Shown here: positions 47,069 through 56,462 of the stretch, piece after piece | How the letters are laid out: every line of letters starts with the position of its first letter | Position numbering within the stretch: the first letter of the stretch is position 1 | Source of the DNA: Candidatus Latescibacterota bacterium | Lineage (GTDB): Bacteria; Latescibacterota; UBA2968; UBA8231 | DNA: 64,000 bases | Assembly: GCA_965215195.1 (NCBI GenBank) | Contig: CBDCDC010000001.1 | Location: 576,001-640,000 of the forward strand | Reading direction: 5' to 3' | Program-made: the position numbers and the translations under genes | The notes under the pieces: model-generated | What the model was told of the DNA's origin: nothing | Seen by the model: the letters and a program-made list of their open reading frames with translations, nothing else | Database searches by the model: none

Positions 47069-48232
47069 TTAGCTACCAACTTGTTGCGCGAACTCGCACA
47101 GGGTGGTCGCGCCGCGGCGGATGTGCTCTTCGGAGGCGGCGATGGAGATGCGCACGTGGTCGCGGCACATCCGGCCGAAGGTGCTGCCCGGGGCCACGGC
47201 CACGCGCTGTTCTTTGAGCAGCCGGACAGCGAATTCGCCGGAGTCCATGCCAGCCGCCGAGATGTCGATCATCAGGTAAATGGCACCGCCCGGGGTGTAG
47301 CGGTACAAGTCGTATTCTCGCAGGACTTGCAGGGCGATGTCGCGGCGGTGCGCATAGGCGCGGCACATGGCGGTCACCTCGTCTTGAGGGCCGTTGAGCG
47401 CGTCGGCGGCCGCTAGCTGGGAAAAGCCCGTGCCGCACGAGACAAAAGGCTCTTGCAGCTTGGCGGCCAGTTCAATGTACTCGGGATGGGCGCGCGTGAA
47501 GCCCACTCGGTAGCCGGTCATGGCGTAGCTTTTGGACATGCCGGAGACGACGATGGTGCGTCCGTCGGCATCGTGCGGCAGTGCGCTTTGATGCGGTTGG
47601 TCGAAGACGATCTGGCCGTAAATCTCGTCGGACAGCACCCACAAGTTGTGGCGTTGGGCCAAGTCCACGAGCTGGCGCATCAGGGCCTCGTCGTACACTT
47701 GGCCGGTGGGGTTGGAGGGCGTGCAGAGGAGCAGGAGCTTGGTGCGAGGGCTGACTAGACGGTCGATCTCGTCGAGGTCGGGCAGGAACTGGTTTTCCGC
47801 CCGCAGATTGTAAAAGACGGGTCGGCCGTGGGCGATGGAGACGGCCATCTCGTAATTGGGCCAGCCTGGGTCGGGCAACAGGACCTCGTCGCCCGGTTCG
47901 ACCAGGGCGAGGAAAGCGGTCGCCACGCTCATGACCGCGCCGGGGGTGACGAGGATGTTGTCGCTGGTGGTCGGTACGCCAGTGAGGCACTCGAAGTGGC
48001 GAGCCGCGGCCGCGCGCAAGGCATCGACTCCGGCGTTGGGCACGTACTTGGTGTGGCCGGCGCGTGCGTAGCGGCAGGTAGCTTCGACAATGGACGCTGG
48101 CGTGGCAAAATCGGGTTGCCCGACTTCGAGGTGGATGACCTCGCCCGTCTTCTCGACCTCCCAAGCCAAGTCCATGATCTCGCGGATGCCCGAGCGGGGA
48201 ATGGACGCGGGGATGCGGGCGAAGGGCTTCAT
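47069..48232 (-). CDS. PLP-dependent aminotransferase class I/II
   Basis: GQPDF, PSNPTG, SDEIY, SKSYAMTGYRVG. Confidence 0.93.
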   Translation of the reverse strand: MKPFARIPASIPRSGIREIMDLAWEVEKTGEVIHLEVGQPDFATPASIVEATCRYARAGHTKYVPNAGVDALRAAAARHFECLTGVPTTSDNILVTPGAVMSVATAFLALVEPGDEVLLPDPGWPNYEMAVSIAHGRPVFYNLRAENQFLPDLDEIDRLVSPRTKLLLLCTPSNPTGQVYDEALMRQLVDLAQRHNLWVLSDEIYGQIVFDQPHQSALPHDADGRTIVVSGMSKSYAMTGYRVGFTRAHPEYIELAAKLQEPFVSCGTGFSQLAAADALNGPQDEVTAMCRAYAHRRDIALQVLREYDLYRYTPGGAIYLMIDISAAGMDSGEFAVRLLKEQRVAVAPGSTFGRMCRDHVRISIAASEEHIRRGATTLCEFAQQVGS

Positions 48233-49026
48233 CGGAGGTGGATGCCCGGGCCGGTCGCGCCGATCATCTGTACGGTGTTGTAGATGGAGACCGGCGTCGA
48301 GGCGCCGGTGACCCCGGTGATTCCCTCACTGCGTGCGACCTTGAGGTCAAGGCCCGGGCCTTGGGCGTGGATTTCGACGATGGCTTCGCTCCACTCCGGG
48401 CTTACCAGCAACAGCGAATGCGTGCGGTCGAAGCCGATGCCGGCGTACGCGATGGTCGCGTGGGTGTTGACGTTGCGCGGGAAGAGCGGGCAGATGCCGC
48501 GCGTCGGGCCGTCGTAGAGGACCGTTTCTTCTTTGATGTCGTCCGGGTCGAGGCCAGCGGCCGCGCAATCGACGTTGTGCGGCGGCTTTTTCATTACCAC
48601 ATCGACCGACTCCCACACGTCGCGGTTTTCCAACAGCGCGTCCATGCCGACTACGCCTCCGTGCGGGACGAAGGCGCGGGTGCTAGCGCGGCGGGTCGTC
48701 TCCTCAAGGGCGGCTTCGATGGCTGGGTCGGCGAGGGCGGTCACCGAGATGAACATGTAGTTGGTTTTTTCGAGGATCGTCTGTCCCCACTGGCGGGTGA
48801 CGTCCGGGTGGGCCATCTCGACGACGAGGTCGGGCTGCCGCGACTCAAAGTTGCCCAAGTCCGCTAGACAGAGGTCGGCGGGGAGGTTTTGGACGGCAGC
48901 GGCCATTTGATCGTGGACAAAGACGACCTCCATGCCGTTGTCTGCGTCCGCGTCTATCATCTTGTGGACCGCTTGGCCGATCTGGCCGTAGCCGATCAGG
49001 CCGATGCGGGTCGGTTTTTGGCGCAT
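48229..49026 (-). CDS. nadX: L-aspartate dehydrogenase-like protein (DUF108)
   Basis: IGYGQIG, VVEMAH, GGVVGMD, KKPP, FPRNVN; RBS GAGGAG before MRQKP. Confidence 0.75.
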   Translation of the reverse strand: MRQKPTRIGLIGYGQIGQAVHKMIDADADNGMEVVFVHDQMAAAVQNLPADLCLADLGNFESRQPDLVVEMAHPDVTRQWGQTILEKTNYMFISVTALADPAIEAALEETTRRASTRAFVPHGGVVGMDALLENRDVWESVDVVMKKPPHNVDCAAAGLDPDDIKEETVLYDGPTRGICPLFPRNVNTHATIAYAGIGFDRTHSLLLVSPEWSEAIVEIHAQGPGLDLKVARSEGITGVTGASTPVSIYNTVQMIGATGPGIHLR

Positions 49027-49051
49027 GGTCTGGCTCCTCAAAGGGGGGTGA

Positions 49052-49135
49052 AATCGGAAGTAGCGAATATATGCACTCGCCGCGGATGGGGCGAACATTT
49101 TCAACGCCCACTACGATCGTAGATTCAAGCCCTAA
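49052..49135 (+). pseudogene. Remnant C-terminus of a small toxin gene upstream of the DUF2283 antitoxin
   Basis: NRK*RIYALAADGANIFNAHYDRRFKP* resembles the '...DGETVHNAFFDRRFKP' ends of DUF2283-paired toxins; internal stop, no start. Confidence 0.5.
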
Positions 49136-49164
49136 ATGACCTTAGCTCGAAAGGACGCCAAATC

Positions 49165-49602
49165 GTGCAGGCCAAATACTACCCAGAGGTCGATATGCTC
49201 AACATCGACTTTTCCACTGCGCCGGGAGCCGATGCAGAAGAGGTGACGGAGGGATTCGTCTTCACTTACGACGCCCAAGGACGCGTCGTAGGCATTGAAG
49301 TTGATCAAGCGTCCAAGCGCGTGTGCTTAAAAGAAATAAAAAAGAACGACGCTTACGTCATCACCATGGGCGAGGTCTCTACCGTCTCCACGTTGGCCGC
49401 GGAACTAGGTGTCGGGGAGCGCTCAATTCAGAAAACGATTCAGGCGATGCGTGCAGCCAGCATAGAGGTCGGTCAGCAAGCGAGTCCTACCCATCCGATC
49501 CTGCTGACGGAAGCGGATGTATTGGCCGTCAAGCAATGGCGCGAGCAGCACCCTCGGGGTCGGCCGCGAGTGGCTGCTGAAGGACCCCACCGAACCGTTT
49601 AG
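49165..49602 (+). CDS. DUF2283 domain protein fused to an HTH
   Basis: YYPEVDMLNI...EEVTEG...YDAQGRVVGIEV, then VSTLAAELGVGERSIQKTI and RGRP. Confidence 0.8.
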   Translation: MQAKYYPEVDMLNIDFSTAPGADAEEVTEGFVFTYDAQGRVVGIEVDQASKRVCLKEIKKNDAYVITMGEVSTVSTLAAELGVGERSIQKTIQAMRAASIEVGQQASPTHPILLTEADVLAVKQWREQHPRGRPRVAAEGPHRTV

Positions 49603-49621
49603 AAGCGCAGCGCGGCACCCC

Positions 49622-50638
49622 TCAATCCCGCCAATCGACGACCACCCCGACGATATCCCCATCCCGCTCCCGCTTAATGCGCTCGTACATCGCCGGCATC
49701 TCGGCGCACCCTATCCGCTGGGTAATGCAGTGTTCCCACTTGAGCACTCCCAGCGCCATGTTCTTGATCACAGCGCGACGGCAGGGCTGCCAGCCATCGT
49801 CGCAGGGAAAAAACATCTGTAGCCGCTTGCCGTGCGGCACAGGAAAGTTTAGGGCGAGCGGCTCGTCCCCGTAGTGGCCCTGCCAGACGAAAGACCCAAA
49901 CCGCCGACAGAGGGCAATCGCCGGATCGATGCACTGCGGATGCCCGGTGCATTCGAATACCACATCGGCCCCTTCGGGCGCGATCTCCCGTACTACAGCG
50001 GCCACGTCCTGCTTTTTGCCATTGATTGCATAATCCGCTCCCAGCGCCTTGGCGACTGCCAGCGGTTTTTCGTCGATATCCACCGCCACCACCATGCACC
50101 CCCGCTGGGCACAAGCCGCCACCACCCCCAAGCCAATCATCCCCACCCCATGCACCACCACCGCATCCCCCATCCGCGGATTGGCCATATCGACGCCATA
50201 GAGCCCCACGGCGGGCATCACAAACAAACTCGCCACATCCATTCCCGCCCCGGGCACCATCTTGGCCACGCCATGCGTGGTATTGGGCCGAGTCACGACG
50301 CGACTGCAATGCCCTCCAGAAACGCACCCAACCTCCGTCCCGTCGGCCAGCCTCATCGCGTCATTGCCGCGAAAGTACACTTCGTCGCCAACCGCAAAAT
50401 TGTCGATAGCGGCCCCGACAGCTTCTATGGTGCCCGTGCCCTGATAGCCGGTACACAACGGAAAGGGGTTGCGGTCCATCTTGCTGATCTTGCCGCTGAT
50501 CAGCCCGAACTCAGTGCCGATACTGACCCCAGTGAAATGCGTGCGGATCGCGACTTGGTCGGGGGCGGGATCGTTCAGGGCGACCGCAGTCAAGGCGAAA
50601 TTTTGCTGTTCGTCGCAGATAAGCGCTTTGGCATCCAT
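49622..50638 (-). CDS. Zinc-binding/MDR-family alcohol dehydrogenase
   Basis: VSIGTE, GYQGTG, VHGVGMIGL, DVVFECTG. Confidence 0.88.
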   Translation of the reverse strand: MDAKALICDEQQNFALTAVALNDPAPDQVAIRTHFTGVSIGTEFGLISGKISKMDRNPFPLCTGYQGTGTIEAVGAAIDNFAVGDEVYFRGNDAMRLADGTEVGCVSGGHCSRVVTRPNTTHGVAKMVPGAGMDVASLFVMPAVGLYGVDMANPRMGDAVVVHGVGMIGLGVVAACAQRGCMVVAVDIDEKPLAVAKALGADYAINGKKQDVAAVVREIAPEGADVVFECTGHPQCIDPAIALCRRFGSFVWQGHYGDEPLALNFPVPHGKRLQMFFPCDDGWQPCRRAVIKNMALGVLKWEHCITQRIGCAEMPAMYERIKRERDGDIVGVVVDWRD

Positions 50639-50706
50639 GAGAACTCCTTTTGTGTTTTGCAGATTTGAGGGCATAAAGTCGCTTTGAACTTGGTATCGCG
50701 TAACGC

Positions 50707-53088
50707 CTATTTGCGCTCGGCGATTTTGCAGACCCAGATACTGATCTCGTAGAGCAGGAGCAGGGGTAGGGCCATGAGGAGCTGGGAGACCGGGTCGGGC
50801 GGCGTGAAGATCGCGCCGAGGACGAAGATGCCGATGATGGCATAGCGGCGGATGTGGCGCATCCGCGCGGCCGTCAGCACCCCGACTTTGGCCAAAAAGA
50901 GCGACAGCACGGGCATCTCAAAGACAATGCCAAAGCCAGCGATCAGCCGCAGGACAAAGCCGATGTACTCGTCGGCCGCCCATTGCGAGGTCATGTCGGG
51001 CGGCTCTAACGCGAGGAAAAAGCGCAGCCCGAGCGGGAGGACGATGTAATAAGCGAGCAGCGCGCCGACCGAGAAGCAGAGGACGCTCAGCGAGATAATG
51101 GGCAGCATGAGCCGTTTCTCGCGCTGCAAAAGCCCCGGGGCCACAAAGCACCAAGCTTGGTAGAAGATGGCCGGCAGCGCGAGCAGCAACCCGCCGACAA
51201 AGGCGATTTGCAGGCTGATGAAGAAGTAGGTCATGGGTCGCAGGGCTTGCAGCCGGCGCGCCGGGGGTAACTCGGCGCCTGGCGCATTCGGCTCCGGCAC
51301 AGCGTCGGGCTGGCCCAACCACTCGCTCACCAGCTTTTTGACCGCCCGCACCGCGCCCGAGGATTGCTGGCCCTCCAAGCTGAGGACGGCTTCTTCGTAT
51401 GGCCGGGTCAAGATCTGCACGATTGAGTCGGAGAGGGCGAAGCAGATCACCGCACCCACGGCGAGCGCGCCTAGGGCCTTGAGAATGCGCCAGCGAAGTT
51501 CTTCGAGGTGGTCGAGAAAGGGCATGTTGTCTGCTACGCGGTCCGTTACCGCTGGCTCGCGGGCGGGTCGCGGCTTGCGGAAACGGGCGGCGAGGGCGGC
51601 GAGGGCGATCAGCAGGCAGCCATAGGCGAAGAAGTCGCCGTGCCGAGTGTAGAAGGTCGCGGGCTGGCCGACCGGCACGGTGGCGACCGCGACCGCGGGC
51701 GTGAAGAGATCGGTCGCCTCGTAGGTGCGGCCAAACGGGTCGATGAACAGGGAGATGCCGGTGGTGGCAGCGCGAGCGATGGCCGTGCGGTTTTCAACGG
51801 CGCGCATGGCGTTGATGAGCGCGTGTTGGTAGGGCCCCGCGCTGCGGCCAAACCACGAGTCATTGGTGATGTTGACCAGTACGTGCGCCCCGGCCGCCAC
51901 GTGCTGGCGGACCAGATCGGGAAAAATGGACTCAAAGCAGATGAGCACGGCAAAGGGATGCCGGGGATGGGCAAAAACGGCGTGCTCGGTGCCGCGCGCG
52001 AATTCGGCCGGGCCGAGGTCGCCGGTCAGGCGGGTCCAGTCGATGTCGCGCAGCAGGGGGATGGCGTCTCGGTAGGGAGTCCGCTCGCCAAAGGGCACTA
52101 AGTGCATCTTGGCGTACGAGGGTAGGGCTGCGGCCCCGGGCTGGACGAAGAAGGCCGCGTTGTAGTTCGCGTGTGGTGCGCCGGTCAGCAAGGGAATGTC
52201 CAGTTCCTCGACGAGCGCTTGGACGCGGCCTCGGCAACCGGACCGGCGCACAGGATCGCACGGCAGGGCGGTTTCGGGCCAGACCAGCAGCTCGGGATCG
52301 CGCTTGGCCGCTTGGCGCGAGAGCGCGGCGAGGGCTGTGAAACTGCGCTCCAGCCCGTTGGGGCCCCACTTGTCGGCGTACGTGGTGTTCGGCTGTATCA
52401 GGCCGATGCGCAGGCCCTCGGCCGGGACGGCTGACGCCAGCGCACTCTGAGCGTGGAGCCAAGGCAAGAGATAGCCCAAGGCAACGCCCGCGAGGAAGAC
52501 GCGCCGTTCGACGAGCGCCAAGTAGAACAGGGCGTTGAGGCCGACGACCCAGCAGGAGACGCCAAAGACGCCGGTCCAAGTGGCGTACTGGATGAAGTGG
52601 GGCAGGGCTGCTTGGCTGTGCCCCAGCAAGAGCCAGGGAAACCCCAACTCCCCGAGGGAGAGCAGGTATTCCTGCCCGGTCCACAACAAAGGCAGCAGGG
52701 CGAGCGCCTTCGCGCCCCACCGCGCGGCGAGCGCGCTGAACAGCCCGATACAGAGGCCGGTAAAAAGGCCCAGATAAGCGGCCATCAGCCCGGTGCCCCC
52801 GACGACAGCGACCCCCCCACCTTGGGTATAGGCCACCCAGTACAGGGACAGCAGGTTCCAGACTAAGCCGCTGACCCAACCCGCGGCAAAGCCGGCTTTG
52901 AAGCCGCGGCTGTGCAGCGCGAGCAGTAAAGGCACCAGCGCACAATGGGCCCAGAGTGGATGATAGAGAAAGGCGAGGGGGTGAGCAGGGTGGCTGGGAA
53001 AGGCCAGCGCGAGCAAGGCCCCGCTCAGTGCGGCGAGCAGTAGGCGGTAAAGCGGGGTTGGGGCCAGAACAAAGCGCGGATTAGACAT
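50707..53088 (-). CDS. lnt-tatC: Fused apolipoprotein N-acyltransferase (Lnt) / twin-arginine translocase TatC
   Basis: Lnt: GFPW, WPETA, KMHLVPFGE, LICFES, NDSWFG, RAVEN; TatC: MPFLDHLEELR, FVAPGL..EKR, FEMP, TPPDPVSQ; one uninterrupted frame. Confidence 0.9.
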   Translation of the reverse strand: MSNPRFVLAPTPLYRLLLAALSGALLALAFPSHPAHPLAFLYHPLWAHCALVPLLLALHSRGFKAGFAAGWVSGLVWNLLSLYWVAYTQGGGVAVVGGTGLMAAYLGLFTGLCIGLFSALAARWGAKALALLPLLWTGQEYLLSLGELGFPWLLLGHSQAALPHFIQYATWTGVFGVSCWVVGLNALFYLALVERRVFLAGVALGYLLPWLHAQSALASAVPAEGLRIGLIQPNTTYADKWGPNGLERSFTALAALSRQAAKRDPELLVWPETALPCDPVRRSGCRGRVQALVEELDIPLLTGAPHANYNAAFFVQPGAAALPSYAKMHLVPFGERTPYRDAIPLLRDIDWTRLTGDLGPAEFARGTEHAVFAHPRHPFAVLICFESIFPDLVRQHVAAGAHVLVNITNDSWFGRSAGPYQHALINAMRAVENRTAIARAATTGISLFIDPFGRTYEATDLFTPAVAVATVPVGQPATFYTRHGDFFAYGCLLIALAALAARFRKPRPAREPAVTDRVADNMPFLDHLEELRWRILKALGALAVGAVICFALSDSIVQILTRPYEEAVLSLEGQQSSGAVRAVKKLVSEWLGQPDAVPEPNAPGAELPPARRLQALRPMTYFFISLQIAFVGGLLLALPAIFYQAWCFVAPGLLQREKRLMLPIISLSVLCFSVGALLAYYIVLPLGLRFFLALEPPDMTSQWAADEYIGFVLRLIAGFGIVFEMPVLSLFLAKVGVLTAARMRHIRRYAIIGIFVLGAIFTPPDPVSQLLMALPLLLLYEISIWVCKIAERK

Positions 53089-53259
53089 CGGCAGTGGGGG
53101 GTAATGCGCAAAAATATAGGAGGGGGGCCGGGGTGGAGCAAGGTGCTGGCACAGATTCTGCTTAGTATGTCGGTTGCGTCTGTGCCCCTAGGCTCGTGGG
53201 GGCTAGACGCTACATTCGCGTGGTTTTTTGCTACAACTTTGCCTAAGGAGGAATGCGCC

Positions 53260-53979
53260 GTGCCAACACAAGCTCAACCTATTGACTACGACTTTGCCAC
53301 CCGCACTGTGGGCGAGGGGCTGCCGATCCACCGCGACGAACTGCCACGGGAGCGGCTCGCACGCTTGGGGCCGCAGGCGCTCAAGGATCAAGAACTGTTG
53401 GCCGTGGCCTTGGGGACGGGGTATCGCGGTCGGCATGTGATGGACTTGGCCGAGGGCATCCTCGCCGATTACCCCAAGGAATCGCTGGTGGATATGGATC
53501 TGGGGCAATTGAGCCGGATCAAGGGATTGGGCAAGGCCAAGGCTGGGGTCTTGGTCGCGGCGTTTGAGTTAGCCCGCCGCGGGTTGCACAAGGGCTTGGG
53601 GGTGCGGCCGGTGATTAGTTCGCCAAGCGACGCGCTGTCCATGCTTTCCGACATCAAGGATCAGCAGCGAGAGCACTTTCTCTGCCTGTATCTCAACGCT
53701 CGCAATCAGGTGATCCACAAGGAGGTCGTGTCCATCGGCAGCCTATCTTCGGCCATCGTACATCCGCGCGAGGTCTTTCGCACGGCTGTAGCGCAGGCTG
53801 CGGCCAGCGTGATCTTGGCGCACAACCACCCCTCTGGCGACGTGTCGCCCAGCCAGGACGACATCAACCTGACGCGGCGCTTGGTGCAGGCCGGCGAAAT
53901 CATGGGCATTGACGTGCTTGACCACCTCATCATCGGCAGCGACGATTTTCTCAGCTTGAAGGAGCGCGGCTTGATCTAA
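53260..53979 (+). CDS. radC: RadC/JAB-domain protein
   Basis: PRERL, IKGLGKAKA, VHPREVF, HNHPSGD.SPS..D, LDHLIIG; GTG start after AAGGAGG. Confidence 0.93.
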   Translation: MPTQAQPIDYDFATRTVGEGLPIHRDELPRERLARLGPQALKDQELLAVALGTGYRGRHVMDLAEGILADYPKESLVDMDLGQLSRIKGLGKAKAGVLVAAFELARRGLHKGLGVRPVISSPSDALSMLSDIKDQQREHFLCLYLNARNQVIHKEVVSIGSLSSAIVHPREVFRTAVAQAAASVILAHNHPSGDVSPSQDDINLTRRLVQAGEIMGIDVLDHLIIGSDDFLSLKERGLI

Positions 53980-54042
53980 AGAAAATTGTATTTGCCCGGC
54001 AAAAGCCTATATTACTGGCGAGCACTGCAATTTATACGAGGT

Positions 54043-54714
54043 ATGCGAGCGATGAAAGCCGAAGAAAATCATCTAATTCCGGTGTACATTTTCGACATGT
54101 ACCCCTATCCAGACGCAGAGCAGGGCTTGGGCATACCACAGAAGTACTTGGTTTTGCTCAAGGGCACGGAAAACAGCGTGGTGCCCATCACGATCGGCCA
54201 CTTTGAGGGCCAAGCCCTCGCCATGGCCCTGCGCAAAATCGCCTTGCCGCGGCCCCTGCCGCACGATCTATTGTGCAACCTGCTCAAGCGAATCAACGCC
54301 GTGGTCCACAAGCTGGTGATTCACACCCTCAAAGAGGACGTTTTCCACGCGTACCTGCTGGTCCAAGCCGAGGGCCAGTCCTTCTACCTCGACTGTCGCC
54401 CCAGCGACGGCATGATCTTGGCCACGCTCTTGGGGGTGCCGCTGTTCCTGACCCCAGAGGTAATGGAGGCGGCCGGCCAATTGCTGGCGCACACCGATCA
54501 GCGCGAACAAGCCGCTGCGCCCGCAGAGGACAAAGCGGCCAAGCGCAAAAGTGCCGCGCAGAAGTCGGAGGCGTTCGTGGATCCGCAGACGGGCGAGCCG
54601 ATAAGCCAGTTGGAGCAGCTCAAGGCGCACTTGGACTGGCTCATCGCCCAAGAGGCCTACGAGCAGGCGGCCAAGGTCCGCGACCGCATCAGCAAACTAG
54701 AAGCCGAAGGCTGA
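54043..54714 (+). CDS. Bifunctional nuclease family (DUF151) protein with C-terminal UVR domain
   Basis: PITIGHFEGQA, PRPLPHDL, LDCRPSDG, EAYEQAAKVRDRI. Confidence 0.88.
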   Translation: MRAMKAEENHLIPVYIFDMYPYPDAEQGLGIPQKYLVLLKGTENSVVPITIGHFEGQALAMALRKIALPRPLPHDLLCNLLKRINAVVHKLVIHTLKEDVFHAYLLVQAEGQSFYLDCRPSDGMILATLLGVPLFLTPEVMEAAGQLLAHTDQREQAAAPAEDKAAKRKSAAQKSEAFVDPQTGEPISQLEQLKAHLDWLIAQEAYEQAAKVRDRISKLEAEG

Positions 54715-54806
54715 GGGTCGCACTCGCCGCGCCGCGCTTGGACGCTCTTGCACTGTTGTTGCCGTGCAGGGGCGTTTCTTATTTCGGAGTCTATTTAGAC
54801 GCCTCA

Positions 54807-56273
54807 CTAGTCCATCTTGTGCGGATACCCCCGCTCCCACCCCGCCGCACCGAATGTCTTATTGGACCACAGCGACCCACTTTCGGAGGCGTAAACCACG
54901 TTGTAGTCGTGCGAGGCCTGCACCGAGCGCATGACCTCGCGCCAGAGCGCAGCGTCCAAGTGGCGGTACTCGGCTGCGTGCGACGCGGATTCGGCGAGAT
55001 TGTGCTGTTCTTGGGGATCTTCCTGCAAATCGAAAAGCCCGGCCGCGCCGTTGCCGTATTTCACCAGCTTGTAGCGTCCGTCGTAGGCCATCCAGCCGGA
55101 TTGCAAGCCGCCGACTAGCATGTTGCGCGGCGCATCGCCAGCCAAGCCCAAGCCGGGCAGGGGCCTAGCGTCCATGTACTCTGGTACGCCGTGGCCAGAC
55201 GCGGCCAGCAAGGTAGCGGTGACGTCCGTGAGGCACACCATGTCGTCGCGCACCGCGCCGGCGGCACCGCCCGGCGGGCGCACCAGCATGGGCACGTGGC
55301 AACTGCCCTCGTAGAAGTTGCCTTTGGCGTTGACCCCGTGATCCCCGACCAAGTCGCCGTGGTCTGAGGAGAAGATGACGAGGGTATTGTCCAGCCGACC
55401 GCTTTCCTCCAAGGCCTCGAGGATGCGGCCCACCTCGTGGTCTATCTGCAAAATGAGCGCGGAATAGTGGGCGCGCACCTTGCGCTTCTGTTCGTCGGTG
55501 TAAGGGCCTTCGGTCTCTGGAGTCCATACCGGCACACCCGGCCGACGCCGGGGATGGATGCCCTCGCGGACATCGCGGTGGATGGGGTCGCCCGGGGCCG
55601 GAGCGGGAATTTTATCGACATCGACTTCGGCCAGAAACTCGGGCGTGGGGTCGTAGGGATCGTGCGGGCCGGGGAAGCCCACCATGCAGGCGAAGGGCTG
55701 CTCGCGGTCGTACTCGCGGATGAAGCGCACGGCCTCCTCGCCAACGAAGTAATCCCAGTAGCAGTCCCACGGCAAAAGCGACACACACGCCCCCCGGTTT
55801 TCGTCGTATCCGGGGTGCTCCTTGCCCATGTACTTGCGATGGCCGCGCTGTTGCAAATAGTGCCAATAGTCGTCTTGAATGTTGACCCACACCTTGTCCT
55901 CGCAGGCGATGCGGTGCTGGAAGCCAAAAGAGGCGTCCCACGGATAGAAGTGCATCTTGCCGATGGCCGAGGTGAGGTAGCCGTGATCGGTCAACATCTC
56001 CGCCCAAGTGCGGATGCCGCACGCAGCGTGGTCTGGGCGCAAATAGTTGCCGTTGGTGAGCACGTGGGTGCGCCAAGCATTGAGGCCAGTGAGCAGCGAA
56101 CAACGCGCCGGTACGCAGACCGGGTGCAAGCTGTACGCGCGGTCGTAGCGAATGCCTTCGGCAGCGATGCGGTCGATGTGGGGCGTGGCAATGTGGGGGG
56201 CACCATAACAACTGAGAAAGTCGTGGCGCATCTGGTCTGGCATGATGAACAGCAAATTGGGTCGGTCGCGCAT
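54807..56273 (-). CDS. Sulfatase
   Basis: PNLLFIMPDQ, CVPAR (FGly motif), GKMH, PHDPY, SDHGD. Confidence 0.93.
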   Translation of the reverse strand: MRDRPNLLFIMPDQMRHDFLSCYGAPHIATPHIDRIAAEGIRYDRAYSLHPVCVPARCSLLTGLNAWRTHVLTNGNYLRPDHAACGIRTWAEMLTDHGYLTSAIGKMHFYPWDASFGFQHRIACEDKVWVNIQDDYWHYLQQRGHRKYMGKEHPGYDENRGACVSLLPWDCYWDYFVGEEAVRFIREYDREQPFACMVGFPGPHDPYDPTPEFLAEVDVDKIPAPAPGDPIHRDVREGIHPRRRPGVPVWTPETEGPYTDEQKRKVRAHYSALILQIDHEVGRILEALEESGRLDNTLVIFSSDHGDLVGDHGVNAKGNFYEGSCHVPMLVRPPGGAAGAVRDDMVCLTDVTATLLAASGHGVPEYMDARPLPGLGLAGDAPRNMLVGGLQSGWMAYDGRYKLVKYGNGAAGLFDLQEDPQEQHNLAESASHAAEYRHLDAALWREVMRSVQASHDYNVVYASESGSLWSNKTFGAAGWERGYPHKMD

Positions 56274-56462
56274 GGTTTTATTCCTCGTCTTAGAAACGGT
56301 CTGCTTCATCGCGCCTTTAGGCGTGACAAACCCCCGGGCGGCCATCGTGCGGGGGCAGAATTAGTGGTCAGTGGTCAGTCCGCGACCGCTCTTGGAGAGG
56401 GAGTTGTTGGGACTGGGCACAGGCCGCTGAGCGCGGCATTCTTAGTCAATGGTGCGCTCATA

